Both the position numbers and the translations under genes were made by a program. Under the pieces are notes generated by a model that worked only from the letters and a program-made list of their open reading frames with translations, was not told the origin of the DNA and made no database searches. 64,000 nt of DNA, taken from positions 11,066 through 75,065 of the IMG/VR virus record IMGVR_UViG_3300033064_003457; one strand, 5' to 3'. Positions 28,001 through 38,293 of the stretch are shown here, piece by piece (position 1 is the first letter of the stretch; the number at the start of each line of letters is the position of its first letter). This DNA comes from a virus.

Positions 28001-30455
28001 ATTTCTTATATGTATTTTTTAAATATAATCCATTGGTAATGTCTGAATACTTAGGTAACTCTAAATCTGGATAGCAGTAAGATCTTCTTAGTGGGCTATC
28101 AGCATCCCTAGAATTTTCTAGGTGCTGTACTAATAACGGATGCTCAGTTTCGTTTAGTATCATTTTTTTTATATCATCTTCGTGCTCGATAGCTAGAACC
28201 CCAGCTATACTATCTAGGCTATTATTAAATAGCAGACCATCGTCTTTACCATTGAAAGAATCAATAAAATCAAGAGAATAGTCCTTAACAATAGACGATC
28301 TACCGCTAGGACTAAGATTGGTTGTGTTTGCTGGAGACTTGTTTGACAATGCTGATTTTTCTATTCCTTGCTGAGCTTCTGATAGTTTCTTCCAGTCTCT
28401 ATACCCTTGATTCCATTCATTCCAGTGAGAGATAATCAAGTTGTTTTCTTTATTAGAGCCATAAAGCCATCCATCATTCTGGTTAGACAATGTTTTGTAG
28501 TAGTAACCATATTCAGCATATTGCCCAGAAAATCTACCATTTGCTGCATACTTATGAGACTTGTCAAGCATCCATCTGGCAGCTTTTTTAATTTCTTCGT
28601 CACTAGTTATGCCTTGTCTTTTAAGTTTTTGGGCCTCTCTTGTCTCTAGCTTGTATTCCGACAACATTATAGACAACGAATATAACCCAGGATTTTCTGG
28701 TACCGTGTCTATGTTAAAAGAATTGATGGCAAAATATCTCATACCACAAAACTGTAATAGCTCATTTTTTATTAGTATGAAATTATTTCTTGTTATATTA
28801 TTATTTGTTCTTGATGCTCCACCAGTTTTTTCTATCATCTTACTAAACTCATTAACTTTTGATATGTTTGTGGCGAACATGTTTATTGATACATCAGTGT
28901 TATAGCTACCTAAATATTGGCACGTAGGATTCTTGTGTGACAATATCGGCAAGAACTGAATTATGTTTTTGAAGGATATAGATATGCCAGATATTTCTAA
29001 TCCATCTCCTATCTCCATCTCATCAGTAGCAACTGAATCAGTGCTATCTTCATTATCATCAACTGGGCTTATATTCTCTATGTATGCTATCGTTGTTTTG
29101 CTATCGCCAGCAACCTTTTTAAGATTAAGTTTTTTATTGTCTTCTGTTTCACTCAAAAATCTTCTAGCGTACCAATCAATGAATAGGGAACACTCCCACA
29201 CATTCTGTGTCCACCTGTCTTCTCCTCCATCTGCTATAAAAGCAAAGTCCTCAGAGAATGGTTCATAGTTAAATATGTAAAGAGATATTCTACAAGCAAG
29301 CGTCTCCGGAAAGTCTGGTACAGTTGAGATTGAAAGTTGTGACAGTACTCCAACTATTGGCTTGTTAAGCATTCTTTCCTGCAAACATTCTTTTCGCAGG
29401 CGTGAACTTTGTGTTGATAGATCCTCTAAGCTACTTTGTAATCCATCCAGTTTTGATATATCTCTCTCTAGAGCTACAAGGCTTTTCTCATCTGAGTTGT
29501 TAACATTGATCTCTTTCCGCAATAAAGTAGCAAAGCTAACAGTTTTTTCGTTATTAGGTTTTACTCTTATATCTTCGTCAGCTATGGAACTTGGTGGTAT
29601 CTCACTGGGGTTTTTGAAATAAGACTCTACGAGTGTCATCATTGATTCTTGACTAATATACCCTCTGTCTTGCAGTCTTTTTAGTATACCTGTTATATCG
29701 TTTTCAGCTGTCTTGCTTTCGCTGCTAACCTTAACTAGATCCTCAACAATGGTATCTTTGTTGCTACTCTCGGAGTTGTACTGGATATTAAACGGGGTAA
29801 GAATATTTTCTAAATAACTATTCTTAATTGGTAAAAATGGTGTAGTCTTGTATTGTGCCAATAGTGGTCTTAGTTTGTTATTTATATCATCAAGGCCATT
29901 GAAAACAATATCGAGATCCACTCTTGTAGTAGACCTTCCAGAAGACAGTATTGTTTCACCTACGCTTCTTAATGTATCAAACCTAAAATTTTGTCTTTCG
30001 TCAGATACGCTTATCTGGCTAGGAGGTATAGAAAGAAAAACAGTACCTATGGAGAAACTATCTTCACGTGAGAATTCTTTTGACTCAATTTGTTTTTGGA
30101 TACGAAGCTTTTCTTCACTAATAACATTATTATCTTTTGAGTCATTAGCTGTGTCTTTGCTATCTTTCTTTACTTCAGCGTACTTCCTATTAAACTCATC
30201 ATAGTTATACCTTAGATTAAGAAGCTCAGAGTCTGATTTCCCAGTAGATGTTTTTAGATCCCTATAGTGAGATGCTTCTACCAAATCATCAGTAGTATAA
30301 CTCCGAAGGGAAACTTTGCTTTTGTAATTGTTTTTCCATTGATCATAATTATTAGAGTACAGATTATACTCAGCAAGAAAATCGTATATATTTTCTGTGT
30401 CAGAGAGTTTTAATTTAGAAATTTTTGTGTATTCTTCTAGATTATATGTGCCCAT
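24981..30455 (-). CDS. Large baseplate hub / tail-associated protein (1824 aa)
   Basis: After tape measure; hub-like GTRIQIKMGY...VFNG...AQGYG and LLGDPSIKPYD...VEQVTHHFS...GFVT. Confidence 0.7.
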   Translation of the reverse strand: MGTYNLEEYTKISKLKLSDTENIYDFLAEYNLYSNNYDQWKNNYKSKVSLRSYTTDDLVEASHYRDLKTSTGKSDSELLNLRYNYDEFNRKYAEVKKDSKDTANDSKDNNVISEEKLRIQKQIESKEFSREDSFSIGTVFLSIPPSQISVSDERQNFRFDTLRSVGETILSSGRSTTRVDLDIVFNGLDDINNKLRPLLAQYKTTPFLPIKNSYLENILTPFNIQYNSESSNKDTIVEDLVKVSSESKTAENDITGILKRLQDRGYISQESMMTLVESYFKNPSEIPPSSIADEDIRVKPNNEKTVSFATLLRKEINVNNSDEKSLVALERDISKLDGLQSSLEDLSTQSSRLRKECLQERMLNKPIVGVLSQLSISTVPDFPETLACRISLYIFNYEPFSEDFAFIADGGEDRWTQNVWECSLFIDWYARRFLSETEDNKKLNLKKVAGDSKTTIAYIENISPVDDNEDSTDSVATDEMEIGDGLEISGISISFKNIIQFLPILSHKNPTCQYLGSYNTDVSINMFATNISKVNEFSKMIEKTGGASRTNNNITRNNFILIKNELLQFCGMRYFAINSFNIDTVPENPGLYSLSIMLSEYKLETREAQKLKRQGITSDEEIKKAARWMLDKSHKYAANGRFSGQYAEYGYYYKTLSNQNDGWLYGSNKENNLIISHWNEWNQGYRDWKKLSEAQQGIEKSALSNKSPANTTNLSPSGRSSIVKDYSLDFIDSFNGKDDGLLFNNSLDSIAGVLAIEHEDDIKKMILNETEHPLLVQHLENSRDADSPLRRSYCYPDLELPKYSDITNGLYLKNTYKKSGMGGKQDRQPLQSDWSDVDPDFFMYKRYLWEQIDGDTNLHKAIKRSMDTFEKMLHSNKNYKEKKAPSEKDIAKKLENKDIQLIPEDIDSKEKFINDAEAYVGPLMKLKKVVDRYVVGKVVFGMLIAKVVNENLKKNTAKRQEVMGQPVSTKEDQTESVIGISKIATAGDDRSIDDSQITNITKTYSYDRLSKEHLGTIAKRIRDQQKDNDLRMVRAFPTFKLYFIEEDSEEWGLYDDPYEYGAINSIDIIKSRKEAADTAVISLLNTYGVLDSSDYGLYDEATKNRKKGPTESFDIDKQETALEQRIDQFILKPGTRIQIKMGYSSDPNLLDIVFNGMVAEVSTGDTMNIVAQGYGVELLTPTSKDNYTEFRVAMFKILDKAVKSPHLLHFGRWEWLGKFTSQQKVAGLRKKVEAGFLNKDLSNFHWESWHRNLPAFRHLYELRNDPKDDNIYHPEQTYLYNIFGGAKGTFIAQGKTVWDVFQDMTRRMPGYISAVLPFDYRATIYFGPADGTYYYTNRKNRIYKEFDFDTRTSTPEEKINELSMVRGKYEIVPQQNLRKNANILGSHLTDIYNSTSDKKIKKNIESVVSSISGGTSFLQASSENAINFLDTTALSNLNSKNENDLTKINAVKFISNSLASGKNLDFKGSVKGNTISIQYESNENRYSDSNGKIYTETELVNDYNAVRTEEYNRDQYRKLVRTYHYKDSVHHIIANNIVASDQYMYNKATVRYGSDSEWVNSKRKGQLGPAETVSAQADDDIWPEKIKEQKISERNAHDITLAWLYSLSNLWLGMREMYVGGLTLLGDPSIKPYDFVFMNDFFNDMYGPVEVEQVTHHFSRDTGFVTTIVPDLVCYVNNILSKGATLVAGSYSDALSRRMDNLRVLENIPLGKMSPFRLGHMLPFSSGTMWPFRSIQKVPELWARLIFSLSALSVDRREPISFTPLLYAGRPYIAGIEGFRKDTLVEAIDGFVQRFDLRNRDTVKYIKSRWTLFTRKLSDWWSRK

Positions 30456-30457
30456 AA

Positions 30458-32695
30458 TTATCTGTTGAGGTATTCAGCAAACTCCCTTTGTATGCTATGT
30501 GAATTAACTTTTCTGCTATTATCTGTTACGTTCAAATCTATGTTGGCATTGTTTACACCCAACGCATTACGTGACAATGAACTCATAGTATGAGCAAGCC
30601 CATTGTATTCAAGAGTATTATTATTGTCTTCTGTTTCTATGTTTACATTTGTATCATATCCAGGCTGTCTGTTAACTACTCTTACTGGAGAATTATTAGT
30701 CGGAGCGGCCTCTGTGGGGAATCTATCCGATGGCTCTCCATACATACTAGATGGTATGTCTCCTGGATCCATTAATGGTCTCTTACGCGAAGACCTTGTA
30801 GCACTCCAAAGAAACAGTGCTCCTGCTGCTAGGGCTATTCCCATTAGGCCATACTTTAGCTTACTTGCTGCACCTCCGGCTAAACCCTTCTCTATTGTTT
30901 TAGAGTCCTTTATGAAATCTGTCATTGGTTTTCTAGGAAATCTTGAGACCAATGATTCTTTTGCTTTCTGAGTTGCCTTGATATATTTATCCCCTCTTCC
31001 ACGAACTATATCGTCAAGGACCTCTTGAACAGCGGCTTCTTTCCCAGTACCAGCCATTCCTGGCAACGGCCTTGTCCACGCAAGCTTGTATTTATCTGGC
31101 ACTTCTTTCCATCCAAACCTTTCTGTCTTGAATGTACCAGGACTTGTTTCTACTGTTTTATATGCTGCTGCTTCATGAGGAAAAACCTTTACAAAATATT
31201 CACCTTTCTTGGGATATATTCTAGCAAACATTTCTGTCTTTAACAACCCCTGAGTCCCACGATCAATTTCTCTAGCATAGTCATGTTGTAACCAACCAAG
31301 CGATTGGCCTGATTCTGTTACTGCTTCTGTGGCAAATTTATGATAAGTTTCATGGAACCATTCGGGTCTTCTTACCAGCCTAACCTTAAATAGATCAGGG
31401 GCAGACGCTTCTGAGCCAAACTTCTCAGCATAGCTTTTCATCACTGGTCCAAGAAATTGTGCTCTTTTTGTTTGCTGTGATATAATAGTAGCATATTCAG
31501 GCTTTGATAATTCTGCTACCTTTGCGGTTATACCACCAGAAAGCTGTAGTCGTGTACCTACTGATGATTTCTCTACAAGCTCCCTTGCTCCCTCGTATCC
31601 ACGTATGTTGAGTTTTTCTAGTCCTCCGCCAGACAGGTCTTCTATGTTTTTAATTATATTTTTTTGGAATTGGCTCGCGGCTGATGCATCTATTCTTTTC
31701 TTTGGTATCCTAACTGGCTTTATCTGCCCTTTTCTCGGACCTCTAGTGACTAGTTCATTCTTAAGAGCTTCCTCACCACCGATGCCCTCAATGGCCTTGG
31801 ATAGATACTCTTCAGCCCTGTCACTAATACCAGCAGTTTTTCTTATTGAGCCTATGGCTCTTTCATAAAATTCATCGTCACCAAACATTGACTTTACCAT
31901 TTTGGTAGATACTGCTTTACCAGGGAACGCTTCTTCTATCCTTAACCTCATCCACTGCAACTTTCTAAGTAGTGAACTAGGCTTGGCTTTAGCTAACTCC
32001 TCAGCTACTGGCTCTAGTGATCTTTCCAGTACTCTGCCAGTTATTCTTCTACCACCAAGGAGTAATGGCTTGCCAGTTTTTTCACTAGCAAGATATTTGG
32101 TTTGCCCAAACATCTGATGTACTCCAGACAATGCCTGTTCCTGGGTCATGTATATCTTCTTCATTGAAGATAGCGTTGGCCTTCCCATGTAATACGAACC
32201 TTTTGGTACTGGCCCCAATCCATAGGAATATATAGGTAATGAATGCCCTCCAGATGTATACTTGGTAAACAACCCTCTCTCTATACCTACCATTTCTTCT
32301 GCGAAACTAGACTGGGATATGGAGCTCTTACGTATTATTCCTTTTCTCATAGGGTCTAACACTTGTGCCCCACCACCAACAGCAGCATATCCTTGCTGTT
32401 CCATGAACTCAGGTGAGTACGCCCTTGGAGATATACCTCTAAAAAAACTGTCTCTAGTAGCTGCATGGCTCGATAGCCATTTATTAACACCACCACTTCC
32501 AGCAACTTCGTTCTTAGAATAGAACTCACTCCAGCCACGACCACCGGAGCTAGCCGAAATTGCCTCCATCTCTTCATTTATCCTTGGGCCTAGTCCACGT
32601 GTTTGAGTTGATGGCATCCAGTAGTTTTCTTCAAAGTTAAACTCACCAGGCCTGCCTTCAGAGTATGAGTATCCTGTAAATTTCTTTTTAAGCAT
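30458..32695 (-). CDS. Basic tape-measure-associated/ejected protein with C-terminal TM segment
   Basis: 745 aa, K/R-rich; YGLMGIALAAGALFLW. Confidence 0.5.
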   Translation of the reverse strand: MLKKKFTGYSYSEGRPGEFNFEENYWMPSTQTRGLGPRINEEMEAISASSGGRGWSEFYSKNEVAGSGGVNKWLSSHAATRDSFFRGISPRAYSPEFMEQQGYAAVGGGAQVLDPMRKGIIRKSSISQSSFAEEMVGIERGLFTKYTSGGHSLPIYSYGLGPVPKGSYYMGRPTLSSMKKIYMTQEQALSGVHQMFGQTKYLASEKTGKPLLLGGRRITGRVLERSLEPVAEELAKAKPSSLLRKLQWMRLRIEEAFPGKAVSTKMVKSMFGDDEFYERAIGSIRKTAGISDRAEEYLSKAIEGIGGEEALKNELVTRGPRKGQIKPVRIPKKRIDASAASQFQKNIIKNIEDLSGGGLEKLNIRGYEGARELVEKSSVGTRLQLSGGITAKVAELSKPEYATIISQQTKRAQFLGPVMKSYAEKFGSEASAPDLFKVRLVRRPEWFHETYHKFATEAVTESGQSLGWLQHDYAREIDRGTQGLLKTEMFARIYPKKGEYFVKVFPHEAAAYKTVETSPGTFKTERFGWKEVPDKYKLAWTRPLPGMAGTGKEAAVQEVLDDIVRGRGDKYIKATQKAKESLVSRFPRKPMTDFIKDSKTIEKGLAGGAASKLKYGLMGIALAAGALFLWSATRSSRKRPLMDPGDIPSSMYGEPSDRFPTEAAPTNNSPVRVVNRQPGYDTNVNIETEDNNNTLEYNGLAHTMSSLSRNALGVNNANIDLNVTDNSRKVNSHSIQREFAEYLNR

Positions 32696-35600
32696 ATATT
32701 GTTTCCCTCATAGAGGCAGCGTACTCGCTCTTTCTGTTGCGTTTTATGTTAAGCTTTAACTTAATATTATCAGCACTGGATGGTGTTCTAACTATATTTA
32801 TTCTTGTTCCTACAAACCCCTGGTTTACTAACTCATCATGCAATATATTCTGTAGGGAAGATAGGTTATTGTTCTTGTGTATGTCTTCTATTGTTGGAAC
32901 ATACGGTCTTCTCTCTAGTTGTCGTCCTTGAGACTCCCATAAGTTGAAATCATGAATGTCCATGCCTTCGTTCTTTACAACCTTGTATTTAACATCATCT
33001 ATGTCTACGTCTGGATGCCAACCAACCCAATTAGCCGAAGGTAGGTGATGGGTCTTGAAGAAATCAACAGTATCCCTAGCTGCGGTATCTTCAACGTTGT
33101 ATTGCTGTGGCGCACCATCTTTCTTGTCTCTCATGTTCCATTGGGCTTTATACAACTTTTGCATTTGGTCTGGAACCATTGCTAATATTTCATCCCTTTC
33201 CGATCCTTCTGCCTCTACAAATGAATCAAAGAATGCCCTTTCGCGTTTAGGAATAGAAGCTATAGGAAAAGTGCTGTCAAGATTTGTCCCAACCATTGTT
33301 TTATTGGATAGCTTCTTGTACTTATTACGTAGACTCATCTTTCCTTGATCCTTAGCAATCCCAGATAGCTGTAAATATTTAACATATTTCATTTTGTCGA
33401 AGTACTCTTCATACTCTCTTCTTTGGGACTCTTCGTTAGGAACAAACTCTTTTCCAAAAAGATCAGCAAATCTACCCCTTACTTTGTTTGTCCATGGCAT
33501 AACAAAATCTCTTATTGGATGCCCCCAACTAGTAAACTCACTACCGTATAGCCGATAGTCTTTGTACGTTGATGCTGCTGTTCTATATGGAAAGAACTTG
33601 CTTATTGGTGCTAGTGGAGTGGCTTCTGTTAATGCTGCAGCGTTAGTTATTGATGCAGACACATGGCGATATATAGTGCTAACCGGCCTAATAAATCCAG
33701 GGACATCTTCGGACGGTTCCAGCTCAAGAAATTCGTATTCTTTCATCGTTTCGCTACGTTGTGATATCTTTTTTTGCACTTGCCCTGACCAATAGTCATC
33801 ATCCCTTGTCATTGACTTTGCCAGGTACCTATAATGCTTATACTCATTGGAATATGGGGCAACATCGGCTAATATCATAAATCTGTCTACAGCATCATAT
33901 GTTGCAGGAACACCAGAATGTAGTCTATTAAGCGATTCATACCCAGCCCCAGGTAGTCTTGCTTCACCCATAGGTATTTTTACGTAAGGGTCACCGTGCT
34001 TGTAGTCTAGATAATAATCACTGCCTGGCATCCAATCGGGCATTTCATTTTGTATAGGGTTCCACTCATCTATACCCCTTCTTCTATGTGGCAAGAACCT
34101 ACGTAAGAACTCTGTGGCTAATGGGTCGCCAGCCTCTACATCCCAGTAGCTTCTTTCGTATCCAGTAGCCCTTCTAGCGCTCTGGATAATTGGGCCATTT
34201 GGCAATAGATCAGATCTACCTGTTAACCTCGCAACTAACTGCTGAGCCATAAACCCCCTAAAACCCATTTGCTCAGTTAACGTGTACATTGCCTCTGAGG
34301 CCTTCCATTTAGTTTCATCTGGAGATATGGCAGGAAACGTTTCTTCGGAAGATAACTCACCCATGCCAAGCATTGATCCTGCCCCAGCAACAACATCTCT
34401 GTCCTGAACCATGCCCTGAGGAACACCCCAGTAACCAGTATGCATTGGCCTTTGTGGCTTTATGACCTCACCTATAGTTGTATTGCCTAACCATGCAAAT
34501 GGCATTGTTGGCTCAAATAATTCACCTGTTGTAGGGTATGGCCTGTCTTTATAGTGCTTTTTTTCCCAATAATACGGATCCCACAACTTACCAGTAAGTA
34601 TTGGAGCCAGTACTGGAGATAGCGGTGAACCTTGGCCCCAGTATTCTGCTTCGGAATTCCAAAGCTGTCCTTTGTACTGGTACTTGCTTTTCATCAATGG
34701 ATACCAATGAGGTCTCCAGTATTGTATCTTTCCACCACCCCAAGGATTTCTCCCCAATGGCCAATACCTTCCCTTTCTTATTGGTATATCTCTCTCTCCA
34801 GTATATATCTCGTGTAGCTCTTCTGGAGTTTGTGTTATGTCTCCCCAAAGAAGCAACGCAAGGGCTATACCAAAAGCCAAACCAGTTCTTGCCCCTTTTG
34901 TACCACCAAATTTCTTCCCCGCAGCTGCAGCCCATAGTGGTGCTGTGGCTTGAGCTATTTTTGCTGCTGGGCTCATTAACGTTCCAGGAAAGGCTGCTTC
35001 CATCGTTTCAGCAAAACGTCTAATCCCAGTGAGCTCTAGAGCAGTCTGCTGGGTCTCTCTTCCTGAGGTATACATTTTAGCAACAATATCAGTAGGACCC
35101 CATCCTCCGGTTGCTTGGCTGGCAAGAAAGTTAACAAAATTATAGGAAGTATACATTCCTATACCGGCGCCTACAACTCTGCCCCATTTTCCTAAGTATC
35201 TAGCAAAATATTCTCCCCATGATCCCTCAGAGGCTCCGAAAGATTTAGCTATTCCACTAGTAACACGGTTTAAGCGAGAAGATACACCTATGCCAAAAGT
35301 CTCTTCCAGTGGCATACCAAAGGCTGTGCCTTCGGTCCATATCATAGCTATTCTTTTTGCTGCTCCACCAGCTGGAGAAAGATACGCCCCTGCTGGTTTT
35401 TTACCAAGCATACCACCAAGAGCCATACCTGGCTTAGCATATACTCTAGGATCAATAGGGAATGGCATTCCAGATGCTGGATGCTTTTGGCCAAACTCAC
35501 CTAGCTTACGAACTGTTCTTTCTACCTTCTGCAATAATCCAGACCCATGCCTAGAGTACATTTCCCCTATACCAAGCTTTGTTTGGGCTCTATACAGCCT

Positions 35601-36563
35601 ATAAGCTGCGTGAGTAGACTTGCTCCTTAGCTGTTGCTTAGCTAATATTTTGAATGTTTGTTTGTAAGAAGTCTCTATCCCGCTAGCTTGACTTTTGAAA
35701 AACTTTTTTGGGGTTAGTATTTTCGGAGCAGACTTTCTTATTATGCTGGCTTGTTTGGCAAGTTCTTTTATGCTTGATTCTTTGGATGTACCGGCACCAA
35801 ACCCTCTTACGTATCTAGCAAAAGCTAAGCGTCTTTCTTCTTCTAACATAACGCTCTTGCTTGGCATTCTTACTGAGCGCACAAACGCTCTTATATTTTT
35901 ATGCTCCGCAGCAACATCACCAGTTCGTCTAGCGGCTTCCATTCTTGCGCCTGGCAAGCTTCTTAACGCAAGACGCATGTTCTTTACGCTTGCTTTTATT
36001 TCCCCTGACTCTCCTATAGTATGTAGAACACCTCCGGAGAATACTCCACCATACTTACCAACAGTCTCCTTGCCTATACCTAGTGTAGCGTTTGGTCCAA
36101 CCAATCCAGCTGCTGGCCCTCTCATGAACGTATTCCACTTTGTCCACCCTTCCAGGTTTTGTTTCACGCTACTTGGAAGTTTGACAAAATCAAGCTTAAG
36201 CCCCATCTTTGGAGCTGAAGCTATAGCCATATTTAATTGTTCTTGAGCAGTAGGAAATGGCTTAAGTACTGCTTCTGACCAACCACGTACAACCGACGGT
36301 ATTTTTTTAAATCTTGACTGTGATAATTTTGTTTTTAAAACGTACTTATCAAACCTGTCAAAACCCTTACCTAGCCTTTTAGCAGAAGACGAAAAGTAAC
36401 GAGTTAATGCTATCTTTCTTCTAGCTAAGATAAATCCAGCCGCAGTAGCTATTAATGGAAGAGCATTACCTATACCTCCGCCATCCCCCTCAAGTCTCTT
36501 CTGAGAAGCGATTTGGTCGTCAATGTTTAATAAATAATCTTCTCTGTTTGGTGGCATGGGCAT
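32688..36563 (-). CDS. Tape measure-like protein
   Basis: 1291 aa, Gly/Ala-rich with hydrophobic segments; directly after tube and chaperone genes. Confidence 0.7.
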   Translation of the reverse strand: MPMPPNREDYLLNIDDQIASQKRLEGDGGGIGNALPLIATAAGFILARRKIALTRYFSSSAKRLGKGFDRFDKYVLKTKLSQSRFKKIPSVVRGWSEAVLKPFPTAQEQLNMAIASAPKMGLKLDFVKLPSSVKQNLEGWTKWNTFMRGPAAGLVGPNATLGIGKETVGKYGGVFSGGVLHTIGESGEIKASVKNMRLALRSLPGARMEAARRTGDVAAEHKNIRAFVRSVRMPSKSVMLEEERRLAFARYVRGFGAGTSKESSIKELAKQASIIRKSAPKILTPKKFFKSQASGIETSYKQTFKILAKQQLRSKSTHAAYRLYRAQTKLGIGEMYSRHGSGLLQKVERTVRKLGEFGQKHPASGMPFPIDPRVYAKPGMALGGMLGKKPAGAYLSPAGGAAKRIAMIWTEGTAFGMPLEETFGIGVSSRLNRVTSGIAKSFGASEGSWGEYFARYLGKWGRVVGAGIGMYTSYNFVNFLASQATGGWGPTDIVAKMYTSGRETQQTALELTGIRRFAETMEAAFPGTLMSPAAKIAQATAPLWAAAAGKKFGGTKGARTGLAFGIALALLLWGDITQTPEELHEIYTGERDIPIRKGRYWPLGRNPWGGGKIQYWRPHWYPLMKSKYQYKGQLWNSEAEYWGQGSPLSPVLAPILTGKLWDPYYWEKKHYKDRPYPTTGELFEPTMPFAWLGNTTIGEVIKPQRPMHTGYWGVPQGMVQDRDVVAGAGSMLGMGELSSEETFPAISPDETKWKASEAMYTLTEQMGFRGFMAQQLVARLTGRSDLLPNGPIIQSARRATGYERSYWDVEAGDPLATEFLRRFLPHRRRGIDEWNPIQNEMPDWMPGSDYYLDYKHGDPYVKIPMGEARLPGAGYESLNRLHSGVPATYDAVDRFMILADVAPYSNEYKHYRYLAKSMTRDDDYWSGQVQKKISQRSETMKEYEFLELEPSEDVPGFIRPVSTIYRHVSASITNAAALTEATPLAPISKFFPYRTAASTYKDYRLYGSEFTSWGHPIRDFVMPWTNKVRGRFADLFGKEFVPNEESQRREYEEYFDKMKYVKYLQLSGIAKDQGKMSLRNKYKKLSNKTMVGTNLDSTFPIASIPKRERAFFDSFVEAEGSERDEILAMVPDQMQKLYKAQWNMRDKKDGAPQQYNVEDTAARDTVDFFKTHHLPSANWVGWHPDVDIDDVKYKVVKNEGMDIHDFNLWESQGRQLERRPYVPTIEDIHKNNNLSSLQNILHDELVNQGFVGTRINIVRTPSSADNIKLKLNIKRNRKSEYAASMRETIYA

Positions 36564-36608
36564 AAAAAAAGAGGAGTCCAGCTAATGGTTTAGCTAGTGG
36601 CTCCTCTT
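36564..36608 (-). terminator. Intrinsic terminator abutting the tape measure start codon
   Basis: AAGAGGAGCCACTAGCTAA-ACCA-TTAGCTGGACTCCTC followed by T7, then ATG. Confidence 0.7.
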
Positions 36609-37183
36609 GGTGGTTGACGCGTAATAGGAATTTTCTTGTTTCCTATAAGCATCTGATTTTCTTTTTCAAAATCTATGGTTTTAGTTTCTTGCTGTTTTTG
36701 CACGTCTAACTTGACATCTAGTATATTTTCAGCCAATGCCAAATAGTGCAAAAGAGTAGGATAATCTAAATCATCCAAGCCTCTTGGTGTTAGTTGAGGG
36801 AAAGCCTTGCATATCAATAAGGTAATCTGATTATTCAATAAAGAAATATTATTTCTTTCTACAGCTAAGTCCTGTTCAAACTTTTTGTCCTCAGCAAATC
36901 CAGATGCTACTATAATACATTCTAGCAAATACTCGATCTCTCCAGCCAATACGCTGTCTAACGAGTTATCATTGCTCTTATATAATAAGCTGTTATCGAT
37001 GATTATGTTCTCTCCATCTATAACACCATTATCTCTAAGAGACAAGATCCCTATGTACTCCCCCCGGGTAAGTGCTCTAAATATATAAATATTATCTGAT
37101 ATTTTTAAATAGTAAATAGAACAGTATTTTTTCTTCCAGAAGAGTATATCATCTGCTAAATGAGATATACCATTAATTTGCAA
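36590..37183 (-). CDS. Tail assembly chaperone-like protein 2
   Basis: TTG start with AGGAG SD; YIFRALTRGEY resembles the upstream chaperone. Confidence 0.6.
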   Translation of the reverse strand: MQINGISHLADDILFWKKKYCSIYYLKISDNIYIFRALTRGEYIGILSLRDNGVIDGENIIIDNSLLYKSNDNSLDSVLAGEIEYLLECIIVASGFAEDKKFEQDLAVERNNISLLNNQITLLICKAFPQLTPRGLDDLDYPTLLHYLALAENILDVKLDVQKQQETKTIDFEKENQMLIGNKKIPITRQPPRGATS

Positions 37184-37191
37184 AATCTCTC

Positions 37192-37533
37192 CTATAGCTT
37201 TATCGGTTCTTCAGAAATACCAAAATTAGACGCTGCCATTATTAAATCAACCAACGTTGATATAGTCCCAGCCTTTTGTGCTGACAGCTTAGTTGCATCA
37301 ATCTCTGGCCATAAAATACACATTTGAGCTACCTTTTCTTCAGCAAATGTTTTTGATTCTTGTAGATTCCCTAATCCTAAAATTTGCTTGTATTCGACTC
37401 TACGTATAGGTCTATAAACATATTTCTCTGTGTCACTGAAAGGAGCTACGTAAACGTCTCCGTGCTTACTTTTCCATTCATCAATCTTTTCTTGGGTTGG
37501 TCCCCCATTAATACCTAAAGGGCTATCTGCCAT
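37192..37533 (-). CDS. Tail assembly chaperone
   Basis: IDEWKSKHG...YVYRPIRRVEY; between tube genes and tape measure. Confidence 0.7.
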   Translation of the reverse strand: MADSPLGINGGPTQEKIDEWKSKHGDVYVAPFSDTEKYVYRPIRRVEYKQILGLGNLQESKTFAEEKVAQMCILWPEIDATKLSAQKAGTISTLVDLIMAASNFGISEEPIKL

Positions 37534-37549
37534 GATTACTTCTCCTTAC

Positions 37550-38293
37550 TTATCTAGTGGTCCCAATGTACTTATCAGTGTCCTTTGCTATAAAATCGTA
37601 TTGCTCCATAACGGGTTGACCACCAACCCTGATAACTTGTGATTCCCCCACAAGATGGACACCTATTAATGTTTTTGCTGTAGACTGTAACTGGTCTCTT
37701 AGTGTTCTTGCTTCAGTACCGGCAGTGTTACCATATGTTATAAGTATGTTAAATCCATCCGGTATGTTTGCAGATTGTTGAATATCTGGTGCAAGATTTT
37801 CTAATGTGCTGTCATCTTCATCGGCCCCAGCAATGCCTCCTCCCCATATTGTTTCCTCGTAAGCCTTGGCTAGTTCTAAAAAGTCTGGACTACTTCCTAT
37901 GTCCTGTAAGTCAGCAGTAGTGGTTGGTCCGAATGTGCCATTCTTTAAATGCAAACCAACTAATTTTCTAACTTCCGGCCACGACCCGTTATCCTTAGTA
38001 TTGCCATATAGATTCTTAATTGAATCTACTATTGCTGATAGGTATCCTCTCTGTCTAAAGTTTATAACAAAACTTCCGCTAATCATTATCGTACCTTTAG
38101 CTACAGCATCAAAGGTTTGAGAGGCATACCCATATATGGGTCTTTTATTCTGAACTCTTTGGAATTGTATAGAGTTGATATCGTCTAATAAGATATTACC
38201 AAACCAAACTGTTGTTTGAGATCCTGAATAAAAATCAAACTTATTAGTTGAGCCTAGATCATATTGTGTTCCGAATCCAGTAGTTAATGTCAT
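37550..38293 (-). CDS. Tail tube-like paralogue 3
   Basis: FYSGSQ, PIYG, GxxxIxGS, GFNILITYG; diverged copy of tube motifs. Confidence 0.6.
   Translation of the reverse strand: MTLTTGFGTQYDLGSTNKFDFYSGSQTTVWFGNILLDDINSIQFQRVQNKRPIYGYASQTFDAVAKGTIMISGSFVINFRQRGYLSAIVDSIKNLYGNTKDNGSWPEVRKLVGLHLKNGTFGPTTTADLQDIGSSPDFLELAKAYEETIWGGGIAGADEDDSTLENLAPDIQQSANIPDGFNILITYGNTAGTEARTLRDQLQSTAKTLIGVHLVGESQVIRVGGQPVMEQYDFIAKDTDKYIGTTR

Noticed and set aside
36590-37533. Programmed frameshift joining the tail chaperones
   Set aside because: I saw no slippery heptamer before the first stop, and the second gene has its own AGGAG SD with a TTG start.
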